Virus record (IMG/VR): IMGVR_UViG_3300006076_000002
Location: 1 to 64,000 of that record
DNA from: a virus
Strand: one strand, 5' to 3'
DNA length: 64,000 bases
How positions within the stretch are numbered: the first letter of the stretch is position 1; each line of letters begins with the position of its first letter. Positions 9,126 through 19,349 of this stretch are shown in pieces. The position numbers and the translations under genes were made by a program. The notes beneath the pieces were generated by a model. The model had not been told where the DNA came from. It saw only the letters and a program-made list of their open reading frames with translations, and ran no database searches.

Positions 9126-9416
9126 ATGGATTTCGCATTTTTAGGAGTTATTGCATTTTTTAACTTTGCAGTTATTATTGCTAAACTCAACCGATCACGC
9201 TATGCAGATGCTACTATAGATGTAGCTAGTTTATTTTTTCTAAATGCTATGTTTGCCGGATCGTTTGGAGGAGCTGTAGTTGCTACTGTAGCAAGTGCAG
9301 TTATGTCAATATACTTATTCTTTACTCCATTGACTTTTTTAAACTTTGAAAGTAATGAAGAAGATGAAATTGCAGAAGAACCAGAAGACATTTTAGCCAA
9401 ATATGGCATAAAGTAA
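9126..9416 (+). CDS. small multi-TM membrane protein
   Basis: Three hydrophobic segments, acidic tail, AAGGAG RBS. Confidence 0.7.
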   Translation: MDFAFLGVIAFFNFAVIIAKLNRSRYADATIDVASLFFLNAMFAGSFGGAVVATVASAVMSIYLFFTPLTFLNFESNEEDEIAEEPEDILAKYGIK

Positions 9417-9700
9417 AAGTACACTTTTAGCTCTATACTTCAATGACAAAGTTTTTGAAAACTACATATTCACTTCAATGATAAAGTATGCAGTTTAAGT
9501 TAATATTAAGCTATAAAAGCAATTTAATAAAAGGAAAATAGTTATGGCATATTACATAGAAAATACTAAAACTGGTTTAGGTAAATATCTTAATTGGTTT
9601 GAAGGTAAATTTAATGCAGTAGAATGGGTAGAGATTTATAATTTCTACACTAAACATAGTAGTTTTACTATTACAGTAATTAACGAATAAGGAGAAAATT

Positions 9701-10255
9701 ATGACAGGTGGAATGAACTTTGGTTATAATGTAATAGCTAACGGTATAGGGGGTGTATATGCAGGAGGAGTTGAAGGTGGAAGTACTTTTAAAGATTCCA
9801 GTAGTAGTGTCATTAATAAAGTCAGGATACTTGATTGGCTAGTTAAAAACCACAAACAAAATGCTATTAATGATGGCTATATTAAACTTCCAGAGAGTAA
9901 ATAAGCCATTATTAATGAAGCTAAAAAGTACAATGAGGCTATTTTCATTAAAAAACAAAAGGCTAAGACAATACTAAAAATAATGATAGAGGAGTTACTA
10001 GAGACAGTAACCATAGGTTTAAAAGGAAACACTATAGCACAACGACTCGATTATTTCATAAAAGATGGGCATTATAGCAGTTTTTTAAGTGAAAAAGAAA
10101 TAAATAATCGTTTATCTATTATAAAAGAACAAAAGAAAGTTATTAGTAAAATGCGTAATAAGCCTATTAATACTAAAGGTATGTATGTATTAACAGATAA
10201 GGGTTATGATACTTTTAAAGTAATGGTAGAAATTGGAACGTTAACCTATAAATAA
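9701..10255 (+). pseudogene. ORF interrupted by an in-frame TAA at 9902-9904 (or readthrough gene)
   Basis: 9701..9904 and 9983..10255 are in frame and joined by 26 sense codons. Confidence 0.5.
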
Positions 10256-10310
10256 TATTTAACCGTAAAGTTATAAAACTATAAAATTTAATAATCTGTA
10301 GGAGGATGAA

Positions 10311-10751
10311 ATGAAAAATTTAGAAAAAACAATGGTAGTTATTGGGTGTCACTGGCGTTGGGACGTAGCTACTAAAGCTAGATTAGTTGAGTATATCATC
10401 AAAAATGGTATTCATATGCAAGAAGGCACAATTAAAGATCGTTATGAAGCTATAGCTGAGGAATACAGCGTTAATATTCAGTCTATACATAATTGGGTTA
10501 AACAATATCAATTTGTTTATAAAGCAGTTAAAAAAGCTCCTAAAGGTACAATAATTTTTTCACCTTTAACTGTTAAATAAGGCAAAGAAAAAGTTACAAG
10601 AAAAAAGCTTAAAGAACTTCATAAAGAGCTAGCTAAACTACGTAAAGTAGTAGAAGAAGCCTCATTAGCTACAGAAGATGCAGAAACAGTACGTAATACT
10701 ATGAAATCTGTACAAGAAGAGTTATCAGAAGCATCTATTAAATCAGAGTAA
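10311..10751 (+). CDS. HTH-like protein; frame continues past TAA 10578-10580 into a coiled-coil extension
   Basis: IAEEYSVNIQSIHNWVKQY HTH; 56 further sense codons to TAA ending 10751. Confidence 0.5.
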
Positions 10752-10760
10752 GGAAATGTT

Positions 10761-11273
10761 ATGTGTAAATTGTGTAATACAGACAGACCTGCTGTAAAAA
10801 CCGTATACAAAAATAGTTCTAAGCTTAGAAAAGAAATAAATACAATTGTATATGATTATTTAGGAGAATACGCTTGCAATTATTGTTTTAATAGCATATA
10901 TATAAGCTGTAGACATAATAATACGAACCCAGATATGGCAATATTACGAAAACTATACAATGCGTATAAGCCATTTTCATATAAAGAGTTAGATATAGCT
11001 AAGCGTATAACTAAAACGACAGAAAAAGGGGTATTAGGTTGCACTATAAGAATATACACTAAAATTGACGGCAAAGCTACTATTACATACACAGCAACAT
11101 TACGTACACATGAAAGAAAGTATCTTCATGGCAAACCTAGAAATACACTAGAAGAAGCAATTGAAGATAAAATTGAACTTATTAAAAAATACAAAAATAA
11201 AAAAACTTTAGATTTATTTTTAAAGTCCATAGAGAAATACAACCAAAAACTAAGGGAGTCTCAAAATGAGTAA
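10761..11273 (+). CDS. zinc-finger + AP2-like DNA-binding protein
   Basis: CKLC...CNYC; GVLGC...YTATL...TLEEAI. Confidence 0.45.
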   Translation: MCKLCNTDRPAVKTVYKNSSKLRKEINTIVYDYLGEYACNYCFNSIYISCRHNNTNPDMAILRKLYNAYKPFSYKELDIAKRITKTTEKGVLGCTIRIYTKIDGKATITYTATLRTHERKYLHGKPRNTLEEAIEDKIELIKKYKNKKTLDLFLKSIEKYNQKLRESQNE

Positions 11274-11508
11274 TAAAAAACAAGAAGTAAATACAAGTTT
11301 ACAAACAATTCGTAAGGAAGCGGCTGAAACTATTATAGGTCTTAAAGATGGATCAATTACCCCATTAGTTGCAGACACCATCTACAAACAAGCAATTACA
11401 ATTATAGATACTTATCGTGTAGAGCTTAGAGCAATTGAACTAGCTACACGAACACAACCAGGAGTAGACTACAAAAAAGCAACAGCTTTAGTAACTAAAC
11501 AAGATTAA
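11266..11508 (+). CDS. hypothetical protein
   Basis: ORF with RBS, coupled. Confidence 0.65.
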   Translation: MSNKKQEVNTSLQTIRKEAAETIIGLKDGSITPLVADTIYKQAITIIDTYRVELRAIELATRTQPGVDYKKATALVTKQD

Positions 11509-11522
11509 TAAAGGAGATACCT

Positions 11523-11864
11523 ATGAAAGTAGTTAAAACAGAACGTTTACAACAATTTGAAGATAATTGCCTTCTAGGTACTCATTTTGTATGTTCAGCA
11601 ACATATATTAAAAATGGAAACATTAATAATAGTGTAGATATGGTATCTTTATTGACAGATATTAATATATGTAATACTGAACATACTGTAGACCATTTAT
11701 GGGTAAAAAATCAAAAGAAAATTAAAATTGCTCCTTTATGGAGATCAAAACAACATACAACTGTATATTTTATAGCTAAATTTATAAAAGTAAAAAAAGC
11801 CAGTTCTTCTTTATATGAAGTAAAAGAAGACTTAAACTTAAAAATAATAAAAGTATTAGTATAA
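11523..11864 (+). CDS. hypothetical protein
   Basis: AAGGAG RBS. Confidence 0.65.
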   Translation: MKVVKTERLQQFEDNCLLGTHFVCSATYIKNGNINNSVDMVSLLTDINICNTEHTVDHLWVKNQKKIKIAPLWRSKQHTTVYFIAKFIKVKKASSSLYEVKEDLNLKIIKVLV

Positions 11865-12055
11865 ATAGTTAAAAGTGCCTACCCTCGCGAAAATAAAAAG
11901 TAAGCCTTGCTTGCCGACATTGGTAGTAATTCTAGATACTTACTAACCTGAGGTAAGAAGTATACTAGAAAGTAAGCTAGCTACTTACAATCTCTAGTAT
12001 ACTCGTACTACTTGATTGTAGTGAGCAGTAAAGGTAGGTACCTTTAATTATTTAT
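11861..12055 (+). ncRNA. candidate structured non-coding RNA
   Basis: Long imperfect closing inverted repeat plus nested AGTATACTAGA/TCTAGTATACT stem. Confidence 0.4.
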
Positions 12056-12261
12056 ATGTATTAAATTAATAAAAGGATACACAATGGAATTAACAAATGA
12101 ATTGTTAGACATTCTACTAGAAGTAGAAAAAGATGAATACACAAACCAACCTATAGAAGTATCTACAAACTTTTACTATGAGGTGCTAGAGCAATTTAAA
12201 AAGTACTCATTTGAAGAAGAGCTAACTATAGCCTATGGAATAATGCTGTAAAGGGATAACT

Positions 12262-12495
12262 ATGCGATTTAAAGACTTAGAAACTAAAGATGAACATATT
12301 ACTTATTGTTTAAATAATGATAAGGATATAAAAAAGATAGATTCTACAATACCGATTGAAATATATAGATGCTGTAAAAACTGTGGAATACTTACTAGCA
12401 ACTTAGTTACAGTTCATTATACTAACGGTACTGTTACCTATGAAGATATATTAGCGTTAGCTCTTGTAGTGCATAAAAAAGCAGGCAGTGCTTGA
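12262..12495 (+). CDS. hypothetical protein
   Basis: ORF with RBS. Confidence 0.55.
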   Translation: MRFKDLETKDEHITYCLNNDKDIKKIDSTIPIEIYRCCKNCGILTSNLVTVHYTNGTVTYEDILALALVVHKKAGSA

Positions 12496-12678
12496 CACAT
12501 AAGTCCTATCGTTTGCCATAAGGCGCATAATTTCGTTTACTGAGAACAGTATGTCCAGCTCATGACAGAATAACCGAGCATTTAATTTAACGCAGGACTA
12601 GATCCGTAAGCCGGTTTAAAATAAAATCACTCGAGGGCATTTAGGTGCCTTCCTGTAAATTTAATTATAAGGATAAAT

Positions 12679-13089
12679 ATGAAGATAGAACGAGATAGAC
12701 AATATATTACAAGAGATGGCAGAAAAGCCAGAGTTGTATGTAATGATATTAAAAATGCAGAATTTCCTGTTATAGCCTTAGTAGATTGCGAAGAAACAGA
12801 AGTATTAATACTTTGTACAAAAAATGGATATTATCAAGTAGATGAAAAACCAAGAGATCTTGATTTAGTTGCGGAATATAGCCTTTGGCTCGATGTAGCA
12901 GTAGATACGCCTATTCTAGTTAAAAATGAAAAAGATGATGATTGGGAAAAAAGACACTTTGCTAAATATGAAAATGGGAAAGTATGGGCTTGGCTTAGTG
13001 GATACACTTCGTGGTCGGCAGAAAATGAACATTCTGTTATGGATTGGAAACATACTAAATTAGCCGAGAAAGAAGATAATAACGCTTAG
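12679..13089 (+). CDS. phage hypothetical protein (TRDGRKAR type)
   Basis: YITRDGRKARVVC..FPVIALV; DTPILV..W.KRHFAKY. Confidence 0.7.
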   Translation: MKIERDRQYITRDGRKARVVCNDIKNAEFPVIALVDCEETEVLILCTKNGYYQVDEKPRDLDLVAEYSLWLDVAVDTPILVKNEKDDDWEKRHFAKYENGKVWAWLSGYTSWSAENEHSVMDWKHTKLAEKEDNNA

Positions 13090-13116
13090 TCAAGAGTTAA
13101 AGCAAAAGGGGCTATT

Positions 13117-13380
13117 ATGGGAAATAAAAAGAAGATGAAATTAAAAAGTAAATATGATGTTAGGCAAAAAGTGCATTTTATTGATTTTCCTTTTGCACAA
13201 GAAAGAAATTGTTTAACTGTTAAAGTAGAAACAGGTAAGGTTCGTAAAATAATATTTGATGGTAAATCAATTAAATATGACATAAGTACAGATTCTGTTT
13301 ACCATTCCGAAGTAAAAGAAAAACATACTTTCAAAAGAAAAGATAAAGCTAAAATGTATATTTTTAACAAATATACATAA
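13117..13380 (+). CDS. hypothetical protein
   Basis: ORF; alternative start 13135; frame stays open to TGA 13425. Confidence 0.55.
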   Translation: MGNKKKMKLKSKYDVRQKVHFIDFPFAQERNCLTVKVETGKVRKIIFDGKSIKYDISTDSVYHSEVKEKHTFKRKDKAKMYIFNKYT

Positions 13381-13537
13381 ACCACAAAGGTAGAAAAAGT
13401 ATATCTACCAAAGGAAGAAGAATGAAGAAATGGTTAGAGCGTTATCTACAATGGGTAGTAATTAACCCATATACAACATTAGTAGGTGAAGCTATTCTAA
13501 TAAGCACATTATTATGTTTATTTTAGGAGAAGTAAAA

Positions 13538-13996
13538 ATGACAAAAAAAGAAATACTACAACAAATTAAAGAGTTAAAGAAACAAGTAGAGCAATTAGAT
13601 AGCGAATATCCTAAATATATGCTAGCTATAAATCAAGATAAACATAAACAGTTTATAGTTAAATTTATAAGTGAAAAAGAGGGCATAGTCGTAGCAACAG
13701 CAGAAAAAGCACTATATGAAATAGACTATCGTATTAACTTTTGGTCTGAATGCTCTGATACAGAAGTATGGAAAGAGGTATCTAACCCTGATGAGTTATG
13801 TGATAAAGACATAGTTGAATGTTGGGATGATAAATATACACATTGTAGACTTTATAGATTTTATGATGCTAAAAACAATTGTGTATTTTCAGAAGAAGGG
13901 CATAGAAACGGACCAATATATCAACATTACAGAAAACTTATGCCTTGGGAAGAGTTAGATTGGATGGGAGAAGCTAGAGAAGTGTTGGAGAACTAA
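13538..13996 (+). CDS. hypothetical protein
   Basis: Start moved to ATG 13538 (AGGAG RBS). Confidence 0.65.
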   Translation: MTKKEILQQIKELKKQVEQLDSEYPKYMLAINQDKHKQFIVKFISEKEGIVVATAEKALYEIDYRINFWSECSDTEVWKEVSNPDELCDKDIVECWDDKYTHCRLYRFYDAKNNCVFSEEGHRNGPIYQHYRKLMPWEELDWMGEAREVLEN

Positions 13997-14241
13997 AATG
14001 AATAAGTATATAAAAAAGAGCAACTTATTTAGACATCTATTTATAATGGATGATGGCACTCTTGTATCTGTTAGACTCAAAAGTAAACGTGTACGAAAAA
14101 AATTTATTAGTCGTTATGTAGAGTCTAAATTAAAAGAAGATATTTAGCATAAAAGAGGAGCATATAAAAATGATTAGTAAAGAAGATTATAAAAATACGG
14201 AAGTAGCAAGAATTATATATATAAAAATTAAAGGAGTATAA

Positions 14242-14799
14242 ATGCGTGTAAAACTATTACATACAAATGGTCTAGAATTTGCAGATAACGCGATTGGAAT
14301 GTGTTATAATAAAGGTTGTTACAGTGACCCAGAGAAACGGGATAAACGTATAACAAAAGTAGCTTTAAAACACAAACACAGTTCTACTATTGAATTTATA
14401 AATTTTATATTTGAGATAGAAGCATCCACCAAAGTATTATTAGAAATGACAAGACACCGTATAGCAAACTATGCTTGTAAATCTAGTAGATACACACTTA
14501 ATAAAGGCGAAATAGTATTTGAACCTACAGGTGATGAAGACATTGATAAAGCTTTAGACAGTTGGAAACAAACTATTGAGCACTTTGTCAATAGTGGAAA
14601 ATCTAATGAATTGACTTCTCTTATGTTACCTCAAACATATCAATATAAATGGCAAGTACAATTTAATGCTAGAAGTTTATTAAACTTTTTAACATTACGT
14701 AGAAATAAAAGTGCACATTTTATGATTAGAGAAGTTGCCGAAGCTATGTATAAAAGCATACCCGAAGAAATGAAATACCTATTTAATGAAACAGATTAA
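14242..14799 (+). CDS. thyX: FAD-dependent thymidylate synthase
   Basis: HSSTIEF, EMTRHRIANYACKSSRY (RHRx7SxR), NARSLLNFLTLR. Confidence 0.93.
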   Translation: MRVKLLHTNGLEFADNAIGMCYNKGCYSDPEKRDKRITKVALKHKHSSTIEFINFIFEIEASTKVLLEMTRHRIANYACKSSRYTLNKGEIVFEPTGDEDIDKALDSWKQTIEHFVNSGKSNELTSLMLPQTYQYKWQVQFNARSLLNFLTLRRNKSAHFMIREVAEAMYKSIPEEMKYLFNETD

Positions 14800-14817
14800 C
14801 TGTATAAAGGATAGATA

Positions 14818-15048
14818 GTGACTATACAAGAACTAAAAGATGAAATGGCTCAAGATATGCTTGAAGAAGCTAAACGTGATGCAGATTATGAACATCGTAT
14901 GCGTACAGACTGGGAATTCGCTTTAGACCAAGTAGAGAAACCAGACTGTCCTATAGAACGTGCAGTAACTACTCTTAAAGAAGTAGTTAGGCTATTAAAT
15001 GAATATGATTGGAATATCAGTATTGATGAGATATTAGATAGCTATTAA
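14818..15048 (+). CDS. hypothetical protein
   Basis: GTG start with AAAGGA RBS. Confidence 0.6.
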   Translation: MTIQELKDEMAQDMLEEAKRDADYEHRMRTDWEFALDQVEKPDCPIERAVTTLKEVVRLLNEYDWNISIDEILDSY

Positions 15049-15056
15049 GGAAAACT

Positions 15057-15284
15057 ATGCAATTAACAATTAATCGTGATTCTTTAATCACATTTACAGT
15101 GGGTTTATTAGTTGGTATCAATTTTGTAGTAATGTTTACACTTACACATAAAGACCAAACTACTAATTCTTTACATCAACAAATGCAACAACAGCAACAT
15201 ACTATAACAGTATTAACAGAACAAAAAGAATCTGATCTTCGTTTATTACAAGAATTACGAAGACAACTAAAGAAGAAAAGATGA
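15057..15284 (+). CDS. TM + coiled-coil protein
   Basis: N-terminal hydrophobic helix, Q-rich coil. Confidence 0.55.
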   Translation: MQLTINRDSLITFTVGLLVGINFVVMFTLTHKDQTTNSLHQQMQQQQHTITVLTEQKESDLRLLQELRRQLKKKR

Positions 15285-16129
15285 AACTTATAAATGAATT
15301 TACTTATCTACCCTACATAGAAAAGGTTAAATCTTTAAAAACATTAAAAGCTAAAGAAGATTTAGCAAGGGAATTGTGTTCAACACTAAAGATATATAGT
15401 TATAATACCTTTTTTAATAAAGATTTTATTTTAACTTACTCAGTATATTGCCTATTACTAGACTATCATTATCCTAATTATAAGGAAAAGTTACCTAAAT
15501 TTATCACTGAAACAAAAGACTACTTTAGTAATGAATTATTAGAAACTTTTTTAGATAATGTAGAAAAAAATACAACCAGTTTTAATTTTACTATAAATGA
15601 CATACTTGAAACATTTAAATATTCTAAAAAAGTATTTCTAACTATAGATAATACTTCTTATAGTAGATTTCTTAATTTAAATAAGCTACTTAAAGAAAAT
15701 CGCTTAGCAGCAACTATCTGTATTAACCTAAATACTTCTTATTATGTTGACGTAAATAATAACCTAAGAGATAAAATTGTAGATAAATTAGAAGTAGTTA
15801 ATGAAACAAATCTAATATCTTATACTAATGCAACTAATTCTGAACATTTTTTAACTTTTGTTGAAAGTAATAGTTGGAGAACAGATAGTTATAGTGCATA
15901 TGATATGGTAGTTAAAGATAATAACATAGAATATAGTTCAACTTATACACTAGATTTTTATTACTATATTTTATCTAATAGACATTTACTACCTAGTTCT
16001 TACCATTATTATTGGGATACTTTAGCTAAAGAGTTGATACATACTTTCGGTATTGAGCATTTAAAAAAGATGAATGATAATTGGAAAACAAACATAAAAA
16101 TAATGAATAAATATATAAAGGATAATTAA
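15281..16129 (+). CDS. hypothetical protein
   Basis: 282 aa ORF, ATGA coupling. Confidence 0.7.
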   Translation: MKLINEFTYLPYIEKVKSLKTLKAKEDLARELCSTLKIYSYNTFFNKDFILTYSVYCLLLDYHYPNYKEKLPKFITETKDYFSNELLETFLDNVEKNTTSFNFTINDILETFKYSKKVFLTIDNTSYSRFLNLNKLLKENRLAATICINLNTSYYVDVNNNLRDKIVDKLEVVNETNLISYTNATNSEHFLTFVESNSWRTDSYSAYDMVVKDNNIEYSSTYTLDFYYYILSNRHLLPSSYHYYWDTLAKELIHTFGIEHLKKMNDNWKTNIKIMNKYIKDN

Positions 16130-16401
16130 TGAAACATTTAACATTAACATTATTACTAGTTGCAAGTTTATTTGCAGATTTAACATTAACACCAGATGGT
16201 AATTGGGTAAGTGGACAACCTACTTTAACACCAGATGGTAACTATGTAGGTTCTTCTAACGGAGAAGTACAATTAACCCCTGATGGAGATTTCGTAGGGG
16301 TATATGATACGCCTTCTTCTAATGATGGTTATAACAATAGCAATAACTATAATGATGTAATTACACAACCTACACAACCTACACTACCAACATTTCACTA
16401 A
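16129..16401 (+). CDS. secreted protein with 3x LTPDG[ND]xV repeats
   Basis: Signal peptide ending SLFA; three repeats. Confidence 0.65.
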   Translation: MKHLTLTLLLVASLFADLTLTPDGNWVSGQPTLTPDGNYVGSSNGEVQLTPDGDFVGVYDTPSSNDGYNNSNNYNDVITQPTQPTLPTFH

Positions 16402-16477
16402 AATTAATATAAGGGTAAATCCCTTGTATTAGTGTTATACAAAAACTTAAAAATATAAATTAATTAAAGGAAAAATA

Positions 16478-17623
16478 ATGAAGTTATCAATTGTTAAAGA
16501 ATTGACAAAATTAAATATAAAAGGACAACTATCAGGTAAAAATGTTCAAAGTATTATATGGAGTGGAAAACCTGGTGTAGGCAAGTCTAGAACAATTGAA
16601 GCAATAACAAAAGAACTTAACTGTAACTACCTTGACTACTCTCTGCCTTCAATAGTAAGTGAAAATCTTTCAGGCCTCCCCAACTTCATTGACGCTCCTG
16701 ATATGACTGAATATAGCATATCGGGCAGTAAACTTGCACAAGCAACTGATTGGTCAGTACCCATGTTAATTATGGAAGCAAATAGAATGGCTAATGAACC
16801 TGGTAAAGATGGTTGTGTTTTAGTTATTGAAGATATTCATGAAACTTCAATGGGAGTAATGCCTTATTTCTATGCCTTATTAGAAGATAGGCGCCTAGGT
16901 ACCTACAAACTTGATCCTAAAGTAGCAATTGTGGGCACTATGAATGATTCAGATGAAGCAGGGTTTTCTGGGATACCTAGTCCTATTAAAGATAGATGTT
17001 CTATTGTTAATATTGACTTTATGTTTGAGAAATGGTTCGACTCTCACGGTAGATTCTTAAACTATTATATTTCATCATTCATTAAACTATACCCACAATA
17101 TATTCAAGAAGAAGAATCGACAGGTATAGAACAATTTCTTACACCACGTTCATGTACCTATTTTGGTTCAGAGCTTGACCTGTATGCTCCTGAATTCATC
17201 TTAGCTAATGCTAAAGAACTGGCAGAAATGAAAATGTCTCGTAATGCTGCAATAGAATTTGCTAAACACGTAGAATACATTCATAAAATTGATTTCAGTG
17301 GTATTGTCAAACGTAGAGAACTTGTAGATGTATCAGAGCTTAAACCTATTGATGCAATCTTGTATGCTTATATTGTAAACTATATTGAATCAGAAGAGGA
17401 CGCTAAGTATGCAGTTGAACTTATTGAAAAAAATATCAATGAAGCTACATTCTTAGGATTCTTAACAGGTGAACTATATAATAAATACTTAGTTAAACAA
17501 TCTGGTAAACCAATTCCTAAAGGTGCTGATTTACTTATTGATGCAATCATTAAACCTGATTCAGCTAAAATCACAATACCCTCAAGAGAAAAGCTTTTCG
17601 AATACATCGTAGAATTTTTCTAA
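16478..17623 (+). CDS. MoxR-like AAA+ ATPase (N4 gp24-like)
   Basis: GKPGVGKS Walker A, LVIEDI Walker B, GTMN sensor, TPRS. Confidence 0.85.
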   Translation: MKLSIVKELTKLNIKGQLSGKNVQSIIWSGKPGVGKSRTIEAITKELNCNYLDYSLPSIVSENLSGLPNFIDAPDMTEYSISGSKLAQATDWSVPMLIMEANRMANEPGKDGCVLVIEDIHETSMGVMPYFYALLEDRRLGTYKLDPKVAIVGTMNDSDEAGFSGIPSPIKDRCSIVNIDFMFEKWFDSHGRFLNYYISSFIKLYPQYIQEEESTGIEQFLTPRSCTYFGSELDLYAPEFILANAKELAEMKMSRNAAIEFAKHVEYIHKIDFSGIVKRRELVDVSELKPIDAILYAYIVNYIESEEDAKYAVELIEKNINEATFLGFLTGELYNKYLVKQSGKPIPKGADLLIDAIIKPDSAKITIPSREKLFEYIVEFF

Positions 17624-17635
17624 AAAGGAAGAACA

Positions 17636-19066
17636 ATGGTTAAAGAATACTTACACAAAATTGATAAATATGTTTTTAAAAGTGTTGTAAAAGAATTTAA
17701 CAATATGTATGGGCAAAATAAAACTGCACCACTAGCTAGTGGGGTATTTCTTAAGTTACCTATTATAGTAAACTTAGTTAAGATGCCTTCAGTAGATTAT
17801 TCTGAATTAATGACTTCATTTACTGCTTATACAAAAATAGGCAATGAAGCAGAAGTATATTTTGATTTCTTTTATAGTAATGATAAAGATTTACCTAAGT
17901 TATTTAAACTTATTGAAAAACACCAGACTCTCTGGGCTTATATCTACCAACACGAAATTTTACACATACTTTTAAAACACGTAACTACTGCATTTGATAA
18001 ACGTATGGTAAGAATAGCTAAAGAAATTCAACCCAGTTTAGATGACAATACGATTCATCAATATATTAATTATGCTTTTGATTATTTTATTAACTATTCC
18101 ATTAAAGATTTAACTGAAAGTAAATCAGCCGGTTTAAATCTTCTACTTGAAAAAGGTCTATATGATAATACATATCATTCTAAGAAAATGTCTGATATTG
18201 AAATTCTTAAAGACCTTTTATCAAATAGTAAAGTTACAACTACTCAGATAGGTGATACAGGGTATGAATTGCAAGAAATTACTGACAGTAAAGGTAATAC
18301 AACTGCTCAAATAAGAAAAACAGGTACAGGTAGTGATAATACGGAAGAAAATACCAATGAAGGTAATTCTACTTTAACTGATGAACAGTTATCTAACTTA
18401 GCTCAATCAATCAATTCTGTTATTCAGTCCCAAGCTAAAGGTTCGCAATCAGCACAAATGGTTGAAGAACTATTTGAAAGTATTAAAATTAATACAAACT
18501 GGTTTAAAAAGCTAAAAACAACATTTGAGCGTGATGTATACTATATGACGCACAATTACTATACTAAATGGTCTAACTTAAATAATAAATACCGTTCAAT
18601 TTTTAAATCACCTAAAAAGTACTATTTAGATTCAAAACTTGAAATAGTACTTTCAATTGATCATAGCGGTTCAATGAACACTGTAGATTTACAAAAATTG
18701 TTATACTTAATGGAGTCTAAAAGTAAAGACATTAACAAATTAACTGTAATAATACATGACACTGAAATAGTAAAAGAGTTTACTTTAGAAAGTGACGGAT
18801 ATGATATTAGTCAAAATTCTCAATTTAAAGAAGCACTAGCTACTAGATATGCTGTAGGAGGTACTGCACACACAGAATGTTTTAAATATTTACAAGATAA
18901 TATAAAAAACCCTCAAGAAACTATATATATTAGTTTTTCAGATAACTACTCTACAATTGAAGAAGATTGGAATAAATTTCCAATTCTAAAACATATTAAA
19001 ACTTATTTAGTATGTCCGGTTAATAATCCAATGCAAGTACCTGCTGTGAATATTATGATGGAATAG
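17636..19066 (+). CDS. metallopeptidase-like + VWA domain protein (N4 gp25-like)
   Basis: HEILH zincin motif; DHSGSM MIDAS, GGT, FSD. Confidence 0.85.
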   Translation: MVKEYLHKIDKYVFKSVVKEFNNMYGQNKTAPLASGVFLKLPIIVNLVKMPSVDYSELMTSFTAYTKIGNEAEVYFDFFYSNDKDLPKLFKLIEKHQTLWAYIYQHEILHILLKHVTTAFDKRMVRIAKEIQPSLDDNTIHQYINYAFDYFINYSIKDLTESKSAGLNLLLEKGLYDNTYHSKKMSDIEILKDLLSNSKVTTTQIGDTGYELQEITDSKGNTTAQIRKTGTGSDNTEENTNEGNSTLTDEQLSNLAQSINSVIQSQAKGSQSAQMVEELFESIKINTNWFKKLKTTFERDVYYMTHNYYTKWSNLNNKYRSIFKSPKKYYLDSKLEIVLSIDHSGSMNTVDLQKLLYLMESKSKDINKLTVIIHDTEIVKEFTLESDGYDISQNSQFKEALATRYAVGGTAHTECFKYLQDNIKNPQETIYISFSDNYSTIEEDWNKFPILKHIKTYLVCPVNNPMQVPAVNIMME

Positions 19067-19067
19067 C

Positions 19068-19268
19068 TTGAAATACGCAGTATACACTAAGTCTAAAGAG
19101 CATGGACTTTATGGCTACGTATATAGCAGTGAGGGTTGGGTTGTTAATGCATTTAATATAAAACCTAAATTTATGAACATATTTGAAGCTAAAAAATTAA
19201 TACAACATCGTACAAGTGCTTATGAGTATTGGTTAATAGACAAAAATAATAAAAGGGTAAATATATGA
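19068..19268 (+). CDS. small NIFEAK-family protein
   Basis: FMNIFEAKKLI; TTG start. Confidence 0.6.
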   Translation: MKYAVYTKSKEHGLYGYVYSSEGWVVNAFNIKPKFMNIFEAKKLIQHRTSAYEYWLIDKNNKRVNI

Positions 19269-19349
19269 CAGTAGATATTAATGATATCATAGTAGAATAT
19301 AATAAATTACAAACAATACCAAACAACATAAACTTTTAAAGGAGAATTA

